Below, piece after piece: positions 1 to 8,769 of a stretch of DNA of 64,000 nt. The notes under the pieces are model-generated. The model was not told the origin of the DNA and did not search any database. It saw only the letters and a program-made list of their open reading frames with translations. Source of the DNA: Candidatus Cloacimonadales bacterium (GTDB lineage Bacteria; Cloacimonadota; Cloacimonadia; Cloacimonadales; JAFGVF01); the NCBI GenBank assembly GCA_963663475.2, contig CAXXJV010000001.1, forward strand, positions 2,510,578-2,574,577, given 5' to 3'. The position numbers were made by a program, and so were the translations under genes. How positions within the stretch are numbered: position 1 is the first letter of the stretch; each line of letters opens with the position of its first letter.

Positions 1-3000
1 ATCTAGGTGTGATTATCCAGTCATCATTCTGTCCTTCTGTAGAAGCAAATGATGTTAAGAATTTATCTCCACTTTGAGGAATCATATCTTCAATAGGTGG
101 AGTAGTTGCTGAAGGATTAAAGACCATATAAGACATTGCTGAACCAGCATTATCATAATCAACATTACTAATAGTATAAGTATTTCCACCATCTATATCA
201 TGCTGAATCCAACCAGGTAAGTTAAGGGTAAAGTCTTCATGATCATCAAAATCATCTCCCCATAATGGTTCACCAATATTATAGTAGATAATAATAGCAG
301 TATTTGATGGTAGGGAGAAACCTTCAGGATCTTCATACATACCAACAACATGATAGTGGTATTCTGTACCTACAACCACATTAGCATCATGGTAGAGATT
401 AGTTCCAATTGGGATCATTTCTTCAGTAATAACTTCACCATCTCTATAAATATGATAACCTGTTAGGTATCTTTCATAAGGAGGTTCAACCCAGGTTAAT
501 GCAACATAACCAGATTGATTAGAAGCTTCTAAGTTTAGAGGTGAATTGAAATCATAGTTATAATTAGCATCAACATAGAGATTATACAATCCTGTATCTT
601 CTCTAGTTAATCTTTCATTTTCTCCATTCTCATTCTTTCTTGTGTGTGGAGGTGTTGCACCTTGAGGGTAAACATTAGATTTGGCTACTCTAAGGTAGTA
701 GTTACCACTTTGAGGTAGAACAAATTCAATATTTGAGCCATTATCAAGATAAACAGCTGGGTCAATTTCACTAGCATCGTTAGCTGGACCATAAAGCCAC
801 ATAGAAGGATTTACATCTGAGCCACCAGCATCTTCTACTGAGCAAAGTAGAGTATCACTAATACCCATTGCAGGGATTAGATACCAATCAATATCACCAA
901 TAGGCATAATAGCATAAGTATCACCATCAACAGGAAGAGTTAATGTAACAGCATCTTCCGGAACATCATTATTATCATCAGCATAAGCGTAACCAGAAAT
1001 AACAACTTCATGAGTAACTCTAGTTGCATCATCAACTATTTGGATGGTAGCAGACTTCGTTCCTTCTGAGTTAGGAGTGAAAGCTACACCAATAGTAGCA
1101 ATATTATTGAAAGGTAATACTAAAGGATAAGTATTATTATCTGTTGTTATTGTAAATTGATCTGCATCATCTCCACCTAAAGTTGGAGCATTAGCAATTG
1201 TTACATCTTGGAGACCAATAGATCTCATAGTAATAGTCTTTTCAACTGAATTACCATCTACAGGAGTCATCTCAAATAGACTATTAGTAGGATAAACTGT
1301 TAAATCTGGAGCATCAGGAATATCACCAAATTCAAGTTTTATATTAGCAAAGGCATCTCTAATATAATTTGCACTTGGTGGTGCGACAGGATCAGGATTT
1401 GTGGAATCGCTATAATAAATAATACCTCGAGTGGAGTTAGAAGGGGTACAATAGAAGTCATTATCACTTGAATGATAACCAGGGGTATCTTCTTCAACAG
1501 CAACTACAAGGTTTTGGGTATTATCATAGACGAATGGAATATCTAATTCAAATTCAATCCAACCATCTTCTGCTGGGGCATTTAGAGTACCAGTATAAAC
1601 TTGCATAAACTCACCAATATCAATCCAGTCTTCATTATTAGCAAATTCATTCATATCTGTATGAGCCATGTATATTTTGAAATCATCTGGACCAAAAGCC
1701 CCAGTTCCATTATAATGCCAGGAAATTTTTTCAATACGAGAATCAGTAATTCCTATCTCATTAGCATAATAGATTACTTGCGAATAGGTATAGCCATAAT
1801 ATGGTTCAATTGGCATATTCAAATTCGTAGCAGTACCTGTACCAATAACAGCGATATTATCAGGTAATGCCGGTAATATAAAAGCATCTGTATATATAGT
1901 TATTGATTCATTATTAGTATCATTAGAAGTAACAGTAAATGAACCAGAATAATCTCCTTCAGCAATTGGGTTTAAACTAACATCTATGATTTCACTAGTT
2001 TCAGGTTCGATTGTAAGAGTTGTTGGATTGAAAGTAAGTTCAGTACCTGTAGAAGAAAGTTGGATTTCTAAATCACTTACACCCCAGTTTTCTACAGTGA
2101 GGTTACTTACGCCTGTCCTGTTCAAATAAACATCTCCGAAGTGAAGAGTGTCTTGGATAACTACTATAGCAGGACCAGTAGGAATATATTCAATAAAGAA
2201 ATTATCTATATATTGGGTAACATAAGTACCACCTGTTCCTAAATATTTAAGAACAATAAAACTAGCATTTTCATCAACACCAGCAAAATTTTGTACATAC
2301 TGTTGCCAATCTGAACTAAAGGTAATAGTATCAATTGCAGTGAAATTTAACTCACCAACATTGTTATGAGCTACACCAACAACAATCTGTCCACCATCAG
2401 TAGATGATTTCCCCATAAAACGAATACGTTTTGTAGTAAGGTCGTCTATAGGTGGAGTAATAGCATAGAGGTCAGGGTTTGTAGCATCAGCATTGTATAA
2501 TCTTAACGTAGATGGACTTTCATAACCACCGTAAGTATTTACTCCAACAGCAGAATATGTTGCAGCGTTTTCTATTACTGAAGCCCAATCTTGAGGAAGT
2601 TGTCCAATTTCGACATCTTCAAAACCTTCAAAATGAGGGAAATCATAAATCATAGCATCATAGCCAGAACCAGTAAGTGGTATCACTGTATCACCGTTTT
2701 CTGCATCATTAATAGTAATGTTAGCAGTAAAATCTCCCACACTTTGTGGATTAAAAGCAACAGAAAAATGTCCAACATTATCTGTAATTTCTAAAGGGTA
2801 AGTATTATCATCTGTAAAGATGAAATCACTTGTTTGGTCAATAGTTACGCTATTAATTGTTAAAGTTCCTAAACCAGTATTTCTCATTGAGAAAGTTGTA
2901 GCATTTGTGACAGTATTTATTATTGTATCATCCCAGTTATATTCTTCAGGGGTTATCATCAACTGAGGAGTAGTTGGTATATCACCCATTGTAAGAAGAA

Positions 3001-4411
3001 TGTTTGCTATAAATGCTTGAGTAGTTCCAGTTGGAGGGGAAATAAAACCATAATTAGTTACATCATTATAGTGGTAAATACTTTTATTTCCATTCGTTGA
3101 AGTAGCATGAAACTCGTCGCTTGATGAAGTATAACCTTGTGTATTAGCTTCAAAAGCAATAACTAAATTGTCATTATTGTTATAATTAAAAGGTATGGTT
3201 AAAGCTAGTGTAACCCATCCCTCTTCAGCTGGAACTGATAAAGGGCCATCATAACACAAGACAAAATCATTAATATCAAGCCAAGAATCACCATCCGCAA
3301 AGGCGTCTATTTGAGTATGACCTAAATATAATTGCACATTATCTTCTGTCCAAGCGCTATTACCATTATAATAGAAAGATACTTGTTCTATTCTTTGGTC
3401 TTCAATATTTAACCATTCTTGATCATAGATCATTTGTGTAAGTGAATAACCATAAAAAGGTTCCATAGGCAGGTGTGTATTTGCCTCTGTTCCGTTACCA
3501 ATAACAATTGATCCCTCTTCTGCACTTGTAGCAAATGACCAGATTGGAGAAGGTGTAGTGAATTCAATCAAGTTATTTCCTGCTTCAATTCTCCAATAAT
3601 AAGTTGTTAAGGGATTTAGATCATCAGTAGTTATTGTTTGCTGGGTATATTCTTCTGAGATTAGGGCTGCTTCTGTCATATCACTAACATCAGTATATAC
3701 ATCACTTAAATAAACGTTAACCCAATCAGTATTAACTCCATTTGTCCAAGTTAGTTCAACAGGAGATGATTGATTGAAAGAACCATTAGCAGGACTTGCT
3801 AATGTTGGGAGTCCTGGTTCATTTTCTGAAAGGTAATGGAATCTAGTATTTGGGAATACAGGAGATAACTGACCGTCTGCAGCAGGAAATGTTCCATCAG
3901 AATAACTAAAACAAGCCATTTCAGGTGAAGCTGAAGTAGCTGTAAAAATTGGTTGTGAAGATGCATAAGATCCATCATTATTAATAACTAAAACTTCTAA
4001 GTTATCACTACCATTGTAAGTAAAAGTTTGATCAAAAATTATATCAAACCAGCCTGTTCCATTATAAGTTAAAGTACCACTGAAAACTTCAGTATATGTT
4101 TCATCAGTAGTAGGATCAATATATGTTGGATTTACGAAGTTTTCCTCGGTAGTATTTTTTAAATAGAAAGTCTGGTTAAGCATCTCATAGTTGCTAGGTG
4201 TGTTGTTTACATGATAAGAAAGTTTGTTAATTTCCATCTCATTCTCTAAATCTGCGGCAGGATAAATAGTCCGTGACCAACCGTAATCATACCAGCCATA
4301 TGCTGGGATATAACTAGAGGTCTCATTTCCATCACCAACCTGTACAAAGACTGCATTTAAGGACATTATCAAGGTTAATAATGTTAAAACAACAATCATT
4401 TTCTTTTGCAT
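1..4411 (-). CDS. Large secreted multidomain surface/adhesin-like protein; N-terminal >=1470 codons, with the 3' end running off the left window edge (not in supplied ORF track)
   Basis: Own minus-strand translation. GGAG lies 5 nt upstream of the ATG at 4411-4409, followed by signal peptide MQKKMIVVLTLLTLIMSLNAVFVQ. Frame spot-checked stop-free at 1-120, 2041-2100, 3001-3060 and 4261-4411; it ends ...FASTEGQNDDWIITPR at base 2. Contains three copies of a module with G(N/T)GT-x7-P(M/I)EP(F/Y)YGY..Q.IY. Also has Ig-like choice-of-anchor-D-type segments, a DIDWY pre-peptidase-C-terminal-like segment and an FN3-like segment. Confidence 0.8.
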   Translation of the reverse strand, partial: MQKKMIVVLTLLTLIMSLNAVFVQVGDGNETSSYIPAYGWYDYGWSRTIYPAADLENEMEINKLSYHVNNTPSNYEMLNQTFYLKNTTEENFVNPTYIDPTTDETYTEVFSGTLTYNGTGWFDIIFDQTFTYNGSDNLEVLVINNDGSYASSQPIFTATSASPEMACFSYSDGTFPAADGQLSPVFPNTRFHYLSENEPGLPTLASPANGSFNQSSPVELTWTNGVNTDWVNVYLSDVYTDVSDMTEAALISEEYTQQTITTDDLNPLTTYYWRIEAGNNLIEFTTPSPIWSFATSAEEGSIVIGNGTEANTHLPMEPFYGYSLTQMIYDQEWLNIEDQRIEQVSFYYNGNSAWTEDNVQLYLGHTQIDAFADGDSWLDINDFVLCYDGPLSVPAEEGWVTLALTIPFNYNNNDNLVIAFEANTQGYTSSSDEFHATSTNGNKSIYHYNDVTNYGFISPPTGTTQAFIANILLTMGDIPTTPQLMITPEEYNWDDTIINTVTNATTFSMRNTGLGTLTINSVTIDQTSDFIFTDDNTYPLEITDNVGHFSVAFNPQSVGDFTANITINDAENGDTVIPLTGSGYDAMIYDFPHFEGFEDVEIGQLPQDWASVIENAATYSAVGVNTYGGYESPSTLRLYNADATNPDLYAITPPIDDLTTKRIRFMGKSSTDGGQIVVGVAHNNVGELNFTAIDTITFSSDWQQYVQNFAGVDENASFIVLKYLGTGGTYVTQYIDNFFIEYIPTGPAIVVIQDTLHFGDVYLNRTGVSNLTVENWGVSDLEIQLSSTGTELTFNPTTLTIEPETSEIIDVSLNPIAEGDYSGSFTVTSNDTNNESITIYTDAFILPALPDNIAVIGTGTATNLNMPIEPYYGYTYSQVIYYANEIGITDSRIEKISWHYNGTGAFGPDDFKIYMAHTDMNEFANNEDWIDIGEFMQVYTGTLNAPAEDGWIEFELDIPFVYDNTQNLVVAVEEDTPGYHSSDNDFYCTPSNSTRGIIYYSDSTNPDPVAPPSANYIRDAFANIKLEFGDIPDAPDLTVYPTNSLFEMTPVDGNSVEKTITMRSIGLQDVTIANAPTLGGDDADQFTITTDNNTYPLVLPFNNIATIGVAFTPNSEGTKSATIQIVDDATRVTHEVVISGYAYADDNNDVPEDAVTLTLPVDGDTYAIMPIGDIDWYLIPAMGISDTLLCSVEDAGGSDVNPSMWLYGPANDASEIDPAVYLDNGSNIEFVLPQSGNYYLRVAKSNVYPQGATPPHTRKNENGENERLTREDTGLYNLYVDANYNYDFNSPLNLEASNQSGYVALTWVEPPYERYLTGYHIYRDGEVITEEMIPIGTNLYHDANVVVGTEYHYHVVGMYEDPEGFSLPSNTAIIIYYNIGEPLWGDDFDDHEDFTLNLPGWIQHDIDGGNTYTISNVDYDNAGSAMSYMVFNPSATTPPIEDMIPQSGDKFLTSFASTEGQNDDWIITPR

Positions 4412-4921
4412 AGTCACTCCTTAATCGTGTTTAATAAATTCCTTAATTTTGGATTGTGCTCAATATACTTGATAACAAGTATCTATTTGCTATGGTGGTA
4501 GCAAATTCTTTTAATACAAATCAAAGAAAGCATATTATTTTTTTCTTGGCAAGTATTATTTTTAATTTTTCTTAATATTTTAACTTTTTGCGATAATTAA
4601 ATCTATCTTAACAGTGTTAATATCTTTTCCACTATTAATTTTTTATATTGTTAACTTAATATTTCTTAGTAGTGAAATTCTTGATTATTAGTTTCAGTTT
4701 ATTAATTCCTACTTTTACCAATTAAGCCACCAATAGATGTTTTTTGCTTGGATAAATTTTTATTAATTGTATCAAATTTTCAACAGTTCATTTACTCCCC
4801 CCGCCTAACGGCAAGCCTCTCATACCCCTCTAATGAGCAGAAAGGGGAATTAGATTCTCACACCAAGGCACGAAGAAGATAAGGAAGAATATTTTTAACA
4901 AAAATTATTTGGGATTTAACG

Positions 4922-4975
4922 ACTTACTTTTGCAAAAGAAAAAGGAGTTAATCACAAAGGAATACTGCATTAGGG
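4922..4975 (+). repeat. Partial copy of dispersed repeat family Q (3' arm)
   Basis: acttacttttgcaaaagaa..tcacaaaggaatactgcattaggg matches 19384-19437 and 62036-62082 by eye (roughly 75%). Confidence 0.5.
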
Positions 4976-5030
4976 ATATAAAGTTGGGGTAAGAATATGT
5001 TAGTTGAAGTATAAAGAATAAGTTTTTGTG

Positions 5031-5107
5031 TGGTAGCGAGAGGAGGATTTGAACCTCCGGCCTTCGGGTTATGAGCCCGACGAGCTACCAAACTGCTCCA
5101 TCTCGCG
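5031..5107 (-). tRNA. tRNA-fMet (initiator, anticodon CAT), copy 1
   Basis: Hand-folded cloverleaf of the reverse complement: cgcgaga / tcggg-ctcataa-cccga / ggagg-ttcaaat-cctcc / tctcgct-a-cca. Three G:C pairs close the anticodon stem and C1/U72 is unpaired (initiator hallmarks). CCA is encoded. Confidence 0.9.
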
Positions 5108-5118
5108 ACAATAAAAAA

Positions 5119-5195
5119 TGGGGTGGCTGATGGGGCTCGAACCCACGACGCCAGGAACCACAATCCTGTGCTCTACCAACTGAACTACAGCCACC
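5119..5195 (-). tRNA. tRNA-His (GTG)
   Basis: Cloverleaf with extra G-1 opposite C73. Anticodon arm cagga-ttgtggt-tcctg, T arm gtggg-ttcgagc-cccat, encoded CCA. Confidence 0.9.
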
Positions 5196-5235
5196 ATATT
5201 TAAGGTAAAATGTGTGTTTTATAATTTTAAAAGAA

Positions 5236-5312
<77 letters not shown>

Positions 5313-5321
5313 ACATTAAAA

Positions 5322-5398
5322 TGGTAGCGGCACAGGGACTCGAACCCCGGACACTCGGATTATGATTCCGATGCTCTAACCAACTGAGCTATGCCGCC
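5322..5398 (-). tRNA. tRNA with CAT anticodon (elongator Met, or Ile2 if lysidine-modified)
   Basis: Cloverleaf ggcggca / tcgga-atcataa-tccga / cgggg-ttcgagt-ccctg / tgccgct-a-cca. It lacks the GGG/CCC initiator signature. Met versus Ile2 cannot be separated by eye. Confidence 0.8.
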
Positions 5399-5405
5399 AT
5401 TTTTA

Positions 5406-5482
5406 TGGTAGCGAGAGGAGGATTTGAACCTCCGGCCTTCGGGTTATGAGCCCGACGAGCTACCAAACTGCTCCATCTCGCG
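5406..5482 (-). tRNA. tRNA-fMet (initiator, CAT), copy 2
   Basis: 77 nt identical to 5031-5107. Confidence 0.9.
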
Positions 5483-5595
5483 TCAAGTTTTATCAATTTA
5501 TAAAATAGTGTTTTTCTGTCAAGTAAAATTTTCATTTATTTGATTTTCACTTATCAATCAGGAAAGATTGATTAACACTAACACACTATATAGAA

Positions 5596-5672
5596 TGGCA
5601 CGCCCAAGAGGAGTCGAACCCCTAACCTTCTGATCCGTAGTCAGACACTCTATCCAATTGAGCTATGGGCGC
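5596..5672 (-). tRNA. tRNA-Arg (ACG)
   Basis: Cloverleaf gcgccca / tctga-ctacgga-tcaga / agggg-ttcgact-cctct / tgggcgt-g-cca. Confidence 0.9.
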
Positions 5673-5674
5673 AC

Positions 5675-6262
5675 ATCGTTTTTGCATAAAAAAACTAGGG
5701 GGTTTTATGTCAAGCATATTTTTTAACTTTTTTTAGTGATACTTAGCTATCATATTGATTAATTGAAGGTTAATAAGTCTTTTTATTTTTTATATTCTCC
5801 TTATAGGCTAGCATCTTATTCTTCTTTAATTGTTAGTCTCCCTGAAAAAATGGGATTTTTACAGGAAAAAGTATAAAAGTATAAAGTGACACCCAAGTTT
5901 TCCATCTGCAAAAACGATCCATATATCTCATAAAATCCCACACATTAAACTCTTACACCTATTTTCAATCGTTTTTTCAAAATTTCCAATTTAACTGCTT
6001 TCACAGGAAACTTTATCGTTTGATTTATACTTTTAAAGTAGTTTTGTGGTTGTAAAGAACACCATTAATAACCTTAAACATCTAATAAATAAAGAATTAG
6101 TCTATTTTGTAGTTTTAAGGCAATTGAAAAAAATCGTTTTTACGCTTTTTTCTCACTGCAAAAACGATTCGGTTTCTCACATTTGATAAAAAAGCGTAAA
6201 AACGATTTTGAAGAAGTGACAGAGTTTTTTCATTATTGATAAAAAACCGTAAAAACGATTTT
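5675..6262. repeat. Iteron-like field: seven copies of (G/T)nAAAAACGAT on both strands, including a 27-nt direct repeat
   Basis: Core AAAAACGAT (or its complement) occurs at 5675-5685(-), 5908-5918(+), 5968-5978(-), 6133-6145(-), 6158-6168(+), 6194-6206(+) and 6247-6259(+). TTGATAAAAAA(G/C)CGTAAAAACGATTTT at 6183-6209 and 6236-6262 is 26/27 identical. 6129-6151 is the inverted copy of 6187-6209. Confidence 0.75.
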
Positions 6263-6287
6263 AACTTTATTAACAATATAGCGTTAA

Positions 6288-8156
6288 TTATTTTTGAAAA
6301 GTAACGTCCAAACTCGCTCCGTATAAATTCTTTTCGATTATTCTGTATCGACATTTAGATTCTATAGTTTTGCTTAGAACAGTTTTCAGTTCTTTCTTAG
6401 CTGTAGAAACTCTTTTATTCTTGCTCTTGCAGCTTTTAGTTTCTAGCAATCTAATTTTTAACGAATCATTTTTTAGTTCTATGATTATTGAATCAATATC
6501 TGTTATGCAAGATTCACTTGGTTTCTTTCTGAAGTCATAAATATTTATTCTCGAGTTATATATCAGAGCAAATCCTTCAAAGTTTCTTAGTGTATTCTTT
6601 AAATGATTAACTTCATGTTTCCTGCCTTTGTCTGAGATACCTTCTTGGTGCCTGTCCAAGTCTTCCTTAATCAATTCAAAATTATCATGAGGTGTTTTGA
6701 TATAAAATTTTTGGTGATCTATTTCTTGTACTTCACTCAATCTATAATCATCTTTAAATATGAATTTCAGTATTGCCCAAAATAGATTTTCATAAGATGG
6801 TATTAGATCTTTATCTAAAACTTTGAATAAAATATACTTATGGGCATTTGTATCTGTTTTAAAGATATTATTTAACTTTTCACTTGGTATGCCATTTTGT
6901 TTTGCTCTTTGTTTGAGCTCATTAAACATAACATTATGAATCATTTTTGGGTTAGATACTTGCAATTCACTTTCTTTTAATAACATATTACATATATTAA
7001 AATTGATAGTAACAAAACTTGAAGAAGTAAACTTTTCTGTAAAAAAAATATCTGCTGATCTAGCATTTGTAATCGGATTGTGATCTAAATACGTTTCTAT
7101 GCCAACGCAGTGCTTTCTTAATATTGATATTCTTCTAACTTCATCATAAAAATTAATTCTTGATCTGTGGACTGGTAATTTGAATCTAACATAAGGAATA
7201 TAAGATTTTATTTCTTTAGTAACTAATCCTGTTTGAATAGCATCTCTGATAATTTCTTTATATTGTGATGCTTGTTTCTTCTTAACATCAATAATTTTCA
7301 ATGACTCAATTTCATAAGATTTTTGTAGTGCACAAACTTCTGGATCATGATAAATTGAATCATATAGTTCATTTACAAAAGGATTTAAACTACTATTAAT
7401 ATTCAATTTAACAACTCTATCGGAATTATTTAAAGAGTTAATGAATGAAAAAATATCAGCATTAAATGGTATATGCGAATAGTGTGCATCTATTGAGATA
7501 ATTGATAATTTTCGTATAATTCCATAAACATCCGTTAATTGTTGAAGTTTATGAATATTTAACTTGCAAGAGTTAGAACTTAGCAACATTTTAAACAAAA
7601 ACCTAATACTTTGCTTCATTTCTGTACTCAAAGAAGAGTTTCTATCTAGTCTATGCAAAGAAATTAAAAAATGAAACTTTGAAACATCGAAATTATTAAT
7701 TATGACATTGGCAATTTCTTCAAGCTCATTATCTAAATTACATAAGAAAATTGATTTAAATCCTTTTAACTTTTTTGCAAACTTTAACAATGATCGTTCA
7801 TCTGCATATGTATTCTTAGTGTGCCCAAAATTTGACAGCATAAACCAACTTTTAAGAATACTGTTACCTGTATATTCTTGACCGTTAACTTTGATACTTC
7901 CTAGGGAAAAACTCGAGCCTTTATGAATATTATCAAATAAATCAACCATAGCACACTGTAACATCAGATATTCATACCTGCTATGGGATGCTCCATCAAA
8001 TGTTTTTTCAATCAACCCCAAATGCTTAATTCTTTTCTGTCTATCAAACTCTTTTTCAGTTTCATACAATGAATAAACACTTCGAGCAATATCATAAAAT
8101 TTTATAGAGACTAGTCCAAAACTAGGGATAGCTACCTTATGAATAATTGAGGACAA
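6288..8156 (-). CDS. Orphan 622-aa protein: degenerate HD-phosphohydrolase-like N-terminal region plus PD-(D/E)xK nuclease-like C-terminal region (candidate defence effector)
   Basis: Long ORF with a TTG start 6 nt after GGAG, which sits directly behind the stop of the S24 gene (12-nt gap). FDRQKRIKHLGL..GASHSRYEYLMLQ and WFMLSNFGHTKNTYADE resemble the SAMHD1/COG1078 signature with the metal ligands replaced. The C-terminus ITDIDSIIIEL..LKIRLLETKS gives a D...ExK arrangement. Confidence 0.7.
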   Translation of the reverse strand: MSSIIHKVAIPSFGLVSIKFYDIARSVYSLYETEKEFDRQKRIKHLGLIEKTFDGASHSRYEYLMLQCAMVDLFDNIHKGSSFSLGSIKVNGQEYTGNSILKSWFMLSNFGHTKNTYADERSLLKFAKKLKGFKSIFLCNLDNELEEIANVIINNFDVSKFHFLISLHRLDRNSSLSTEMKQSIRFLFKMLLSSNSCKLNIHKLQQLTDVYGIIRKLSIISIDAHYSHIPFNADIFSFINSLNNSDRVVKLNINSSLNPFVNELYDSIYHDPEVCALQKSYEIESLKIIDVKKKQASQYKEIIRDAIQTGLVTKEIKSYIPYVRFKLPVHRSRINFYDEVRRISILRKHCVGIETYLDHNPITNARSADIFFTEKFTSSSFVTINFNICNMLLKESELQVSNPKMIHNVMFNELKQRAKQNGIPSEKLNNIFKTDTNAHKYILFKVLDKDLIPSYENLFWAILKFIFKDDYRLSEVQEIDHQKFYIKTPHDNFELIKEDLDRHQEGISDKGRKHEVNHLKNTLRNFEGFALIYNSRINIYDFRKKPSESCITDIDSIIIELKNDSLKIRLLETKSCKSKNKRVSTAKKELKTVLSKTIESKCRYRIIEKNLYGASLDVTFQK

Positions 8157-8168
8157 ACATTTCTCCTT

Positions 8169-8753
8169 TTAAATAACCCTAAACAGAAAGACCATCTCAC
8201 CTAAGATCCTGAAGGTCTCAAGTTCAAAGTCTTCTATTATTATTACATCAAAATCTGGATTAAGTGGTTTAAGTATAACCCTCTTCTTCTCTTTATCAAA
8301 TTGTAGTTTTTTTAAAGTAGCACCTTCAGGTGTATGACAAGCACATACTTTACCATTCAAACTTGGTATATCTATGTTCTCTCTTATAACAACAACATCT
8401 CCATGAGCAATTATTGGGAACATACTGTTTCCATTAACCTTGAGAGCTATATACTTGTTCTCTTGATCTGACAAATAAGCTTTTGGTATCTCTATATACT
8501 TTGATGGAGCATCATCATAACCATTCATTGGAGTACCTGCAGCAATCTCTCCATATATAGGTAGAGTTATAACCCTTGAATCGAAAGGGTTGAGTTTATG
8601 TTTATATACTGAGTTATTTCCTGTCATCTCTTCTATATTCTTTTTATGACCATCTCCATAGAGATTTCCATCAGAATCTAAAACAAACATTCCACCTTTA
8701 CCAGTTAATAACCAATTTAAGTTTAAACCATAGCGTTCGTTGATACGAGCCAT
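8169..8753 (-). CDS. S24 (LexA/CI-type) self-cleaving peptidase domain ORF; C-terminal part of a frameshifted XRE-HTH/S24 repressor
   Basis: Ala-Gly cleavage site (GEIAAGTPM), catalytic Ser (VNGNSMFP) and Lys (GATLKKL). The N-terminus starts inside the end of an HTH (YGLNLNWLLTGKG). The missing HTH lies upstream in another frame (8770-8895). Confidence 0.8.
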   Translation of the reverse strand: MARINERYGLNLNWLLTGKGGMFVLDSDGNLYGDGHKKNIEEMTGNNSVYKHKLNPFDSRVITLPIYGEIAAGTPMNGYDDAPSKYIEIPKAYLSDQENKYIALKVNGNSMFPIIAHGDVVVIRENIDIPSLNGKVCACHTPEGATLKKLQFDKEKKRVILKPLNPDFDVIIIEDFELETFRILGEMVFLFRVI

Positions 8754-8769
8754 GGCTGTTGCTGGAGGT

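Noticed and set aside
1601-2794. Track ORFs 1601-1867 and 2591-2794 on the plus strand
   Set aside because: They are antisense to the long uninterrupted minus-strand ORF 1-4411. Both start at non-ATG codons, lack an RBS and have low-complexity Ile/Asn-rich translations typical of AT-rich antisense frames.
4795-4890. SRP (4.5S) RNA or another known housekeeping RNA
   Set aside because: Only a short CCAAGGCA resemblance to the 4.5S conserved region. The 5' and 3' halves do not form the required long helix with a GGAA-type apical loop.
5596-5672. tRNA-Arg(ACG) as the integration site (att) of the cassette
   Set aside because: The cassette abuts the 5' end of the tRNA gene, not its 3' end. No duplicated tRNA 3' segment was found at the far border, and there is no integrase. 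Only a weak A-rich/G5 direct repeat brackets the region, so tRNA-targeted integration cannot be claimed.
5675-6262. Possible CRISPR array (also considered for the 25-bp tandem repeat at 8881-8950)
   Set aside because: The repeats are 9-27 nt, lie on both strands and are irregularly spaced (53-230 nt), with no uniform spacers. The 25-bp units are directly abutting. No cas genes are present.
6115-6354. 79-aa ORF overlapping the 3' end of the 622-aa gene
   Set aside because: It is composed almost entirely of the AAAAACGAT repeat field, overlaps the stop region of the larger gene and has no RBS. It is treated as a by-product of the repeats.
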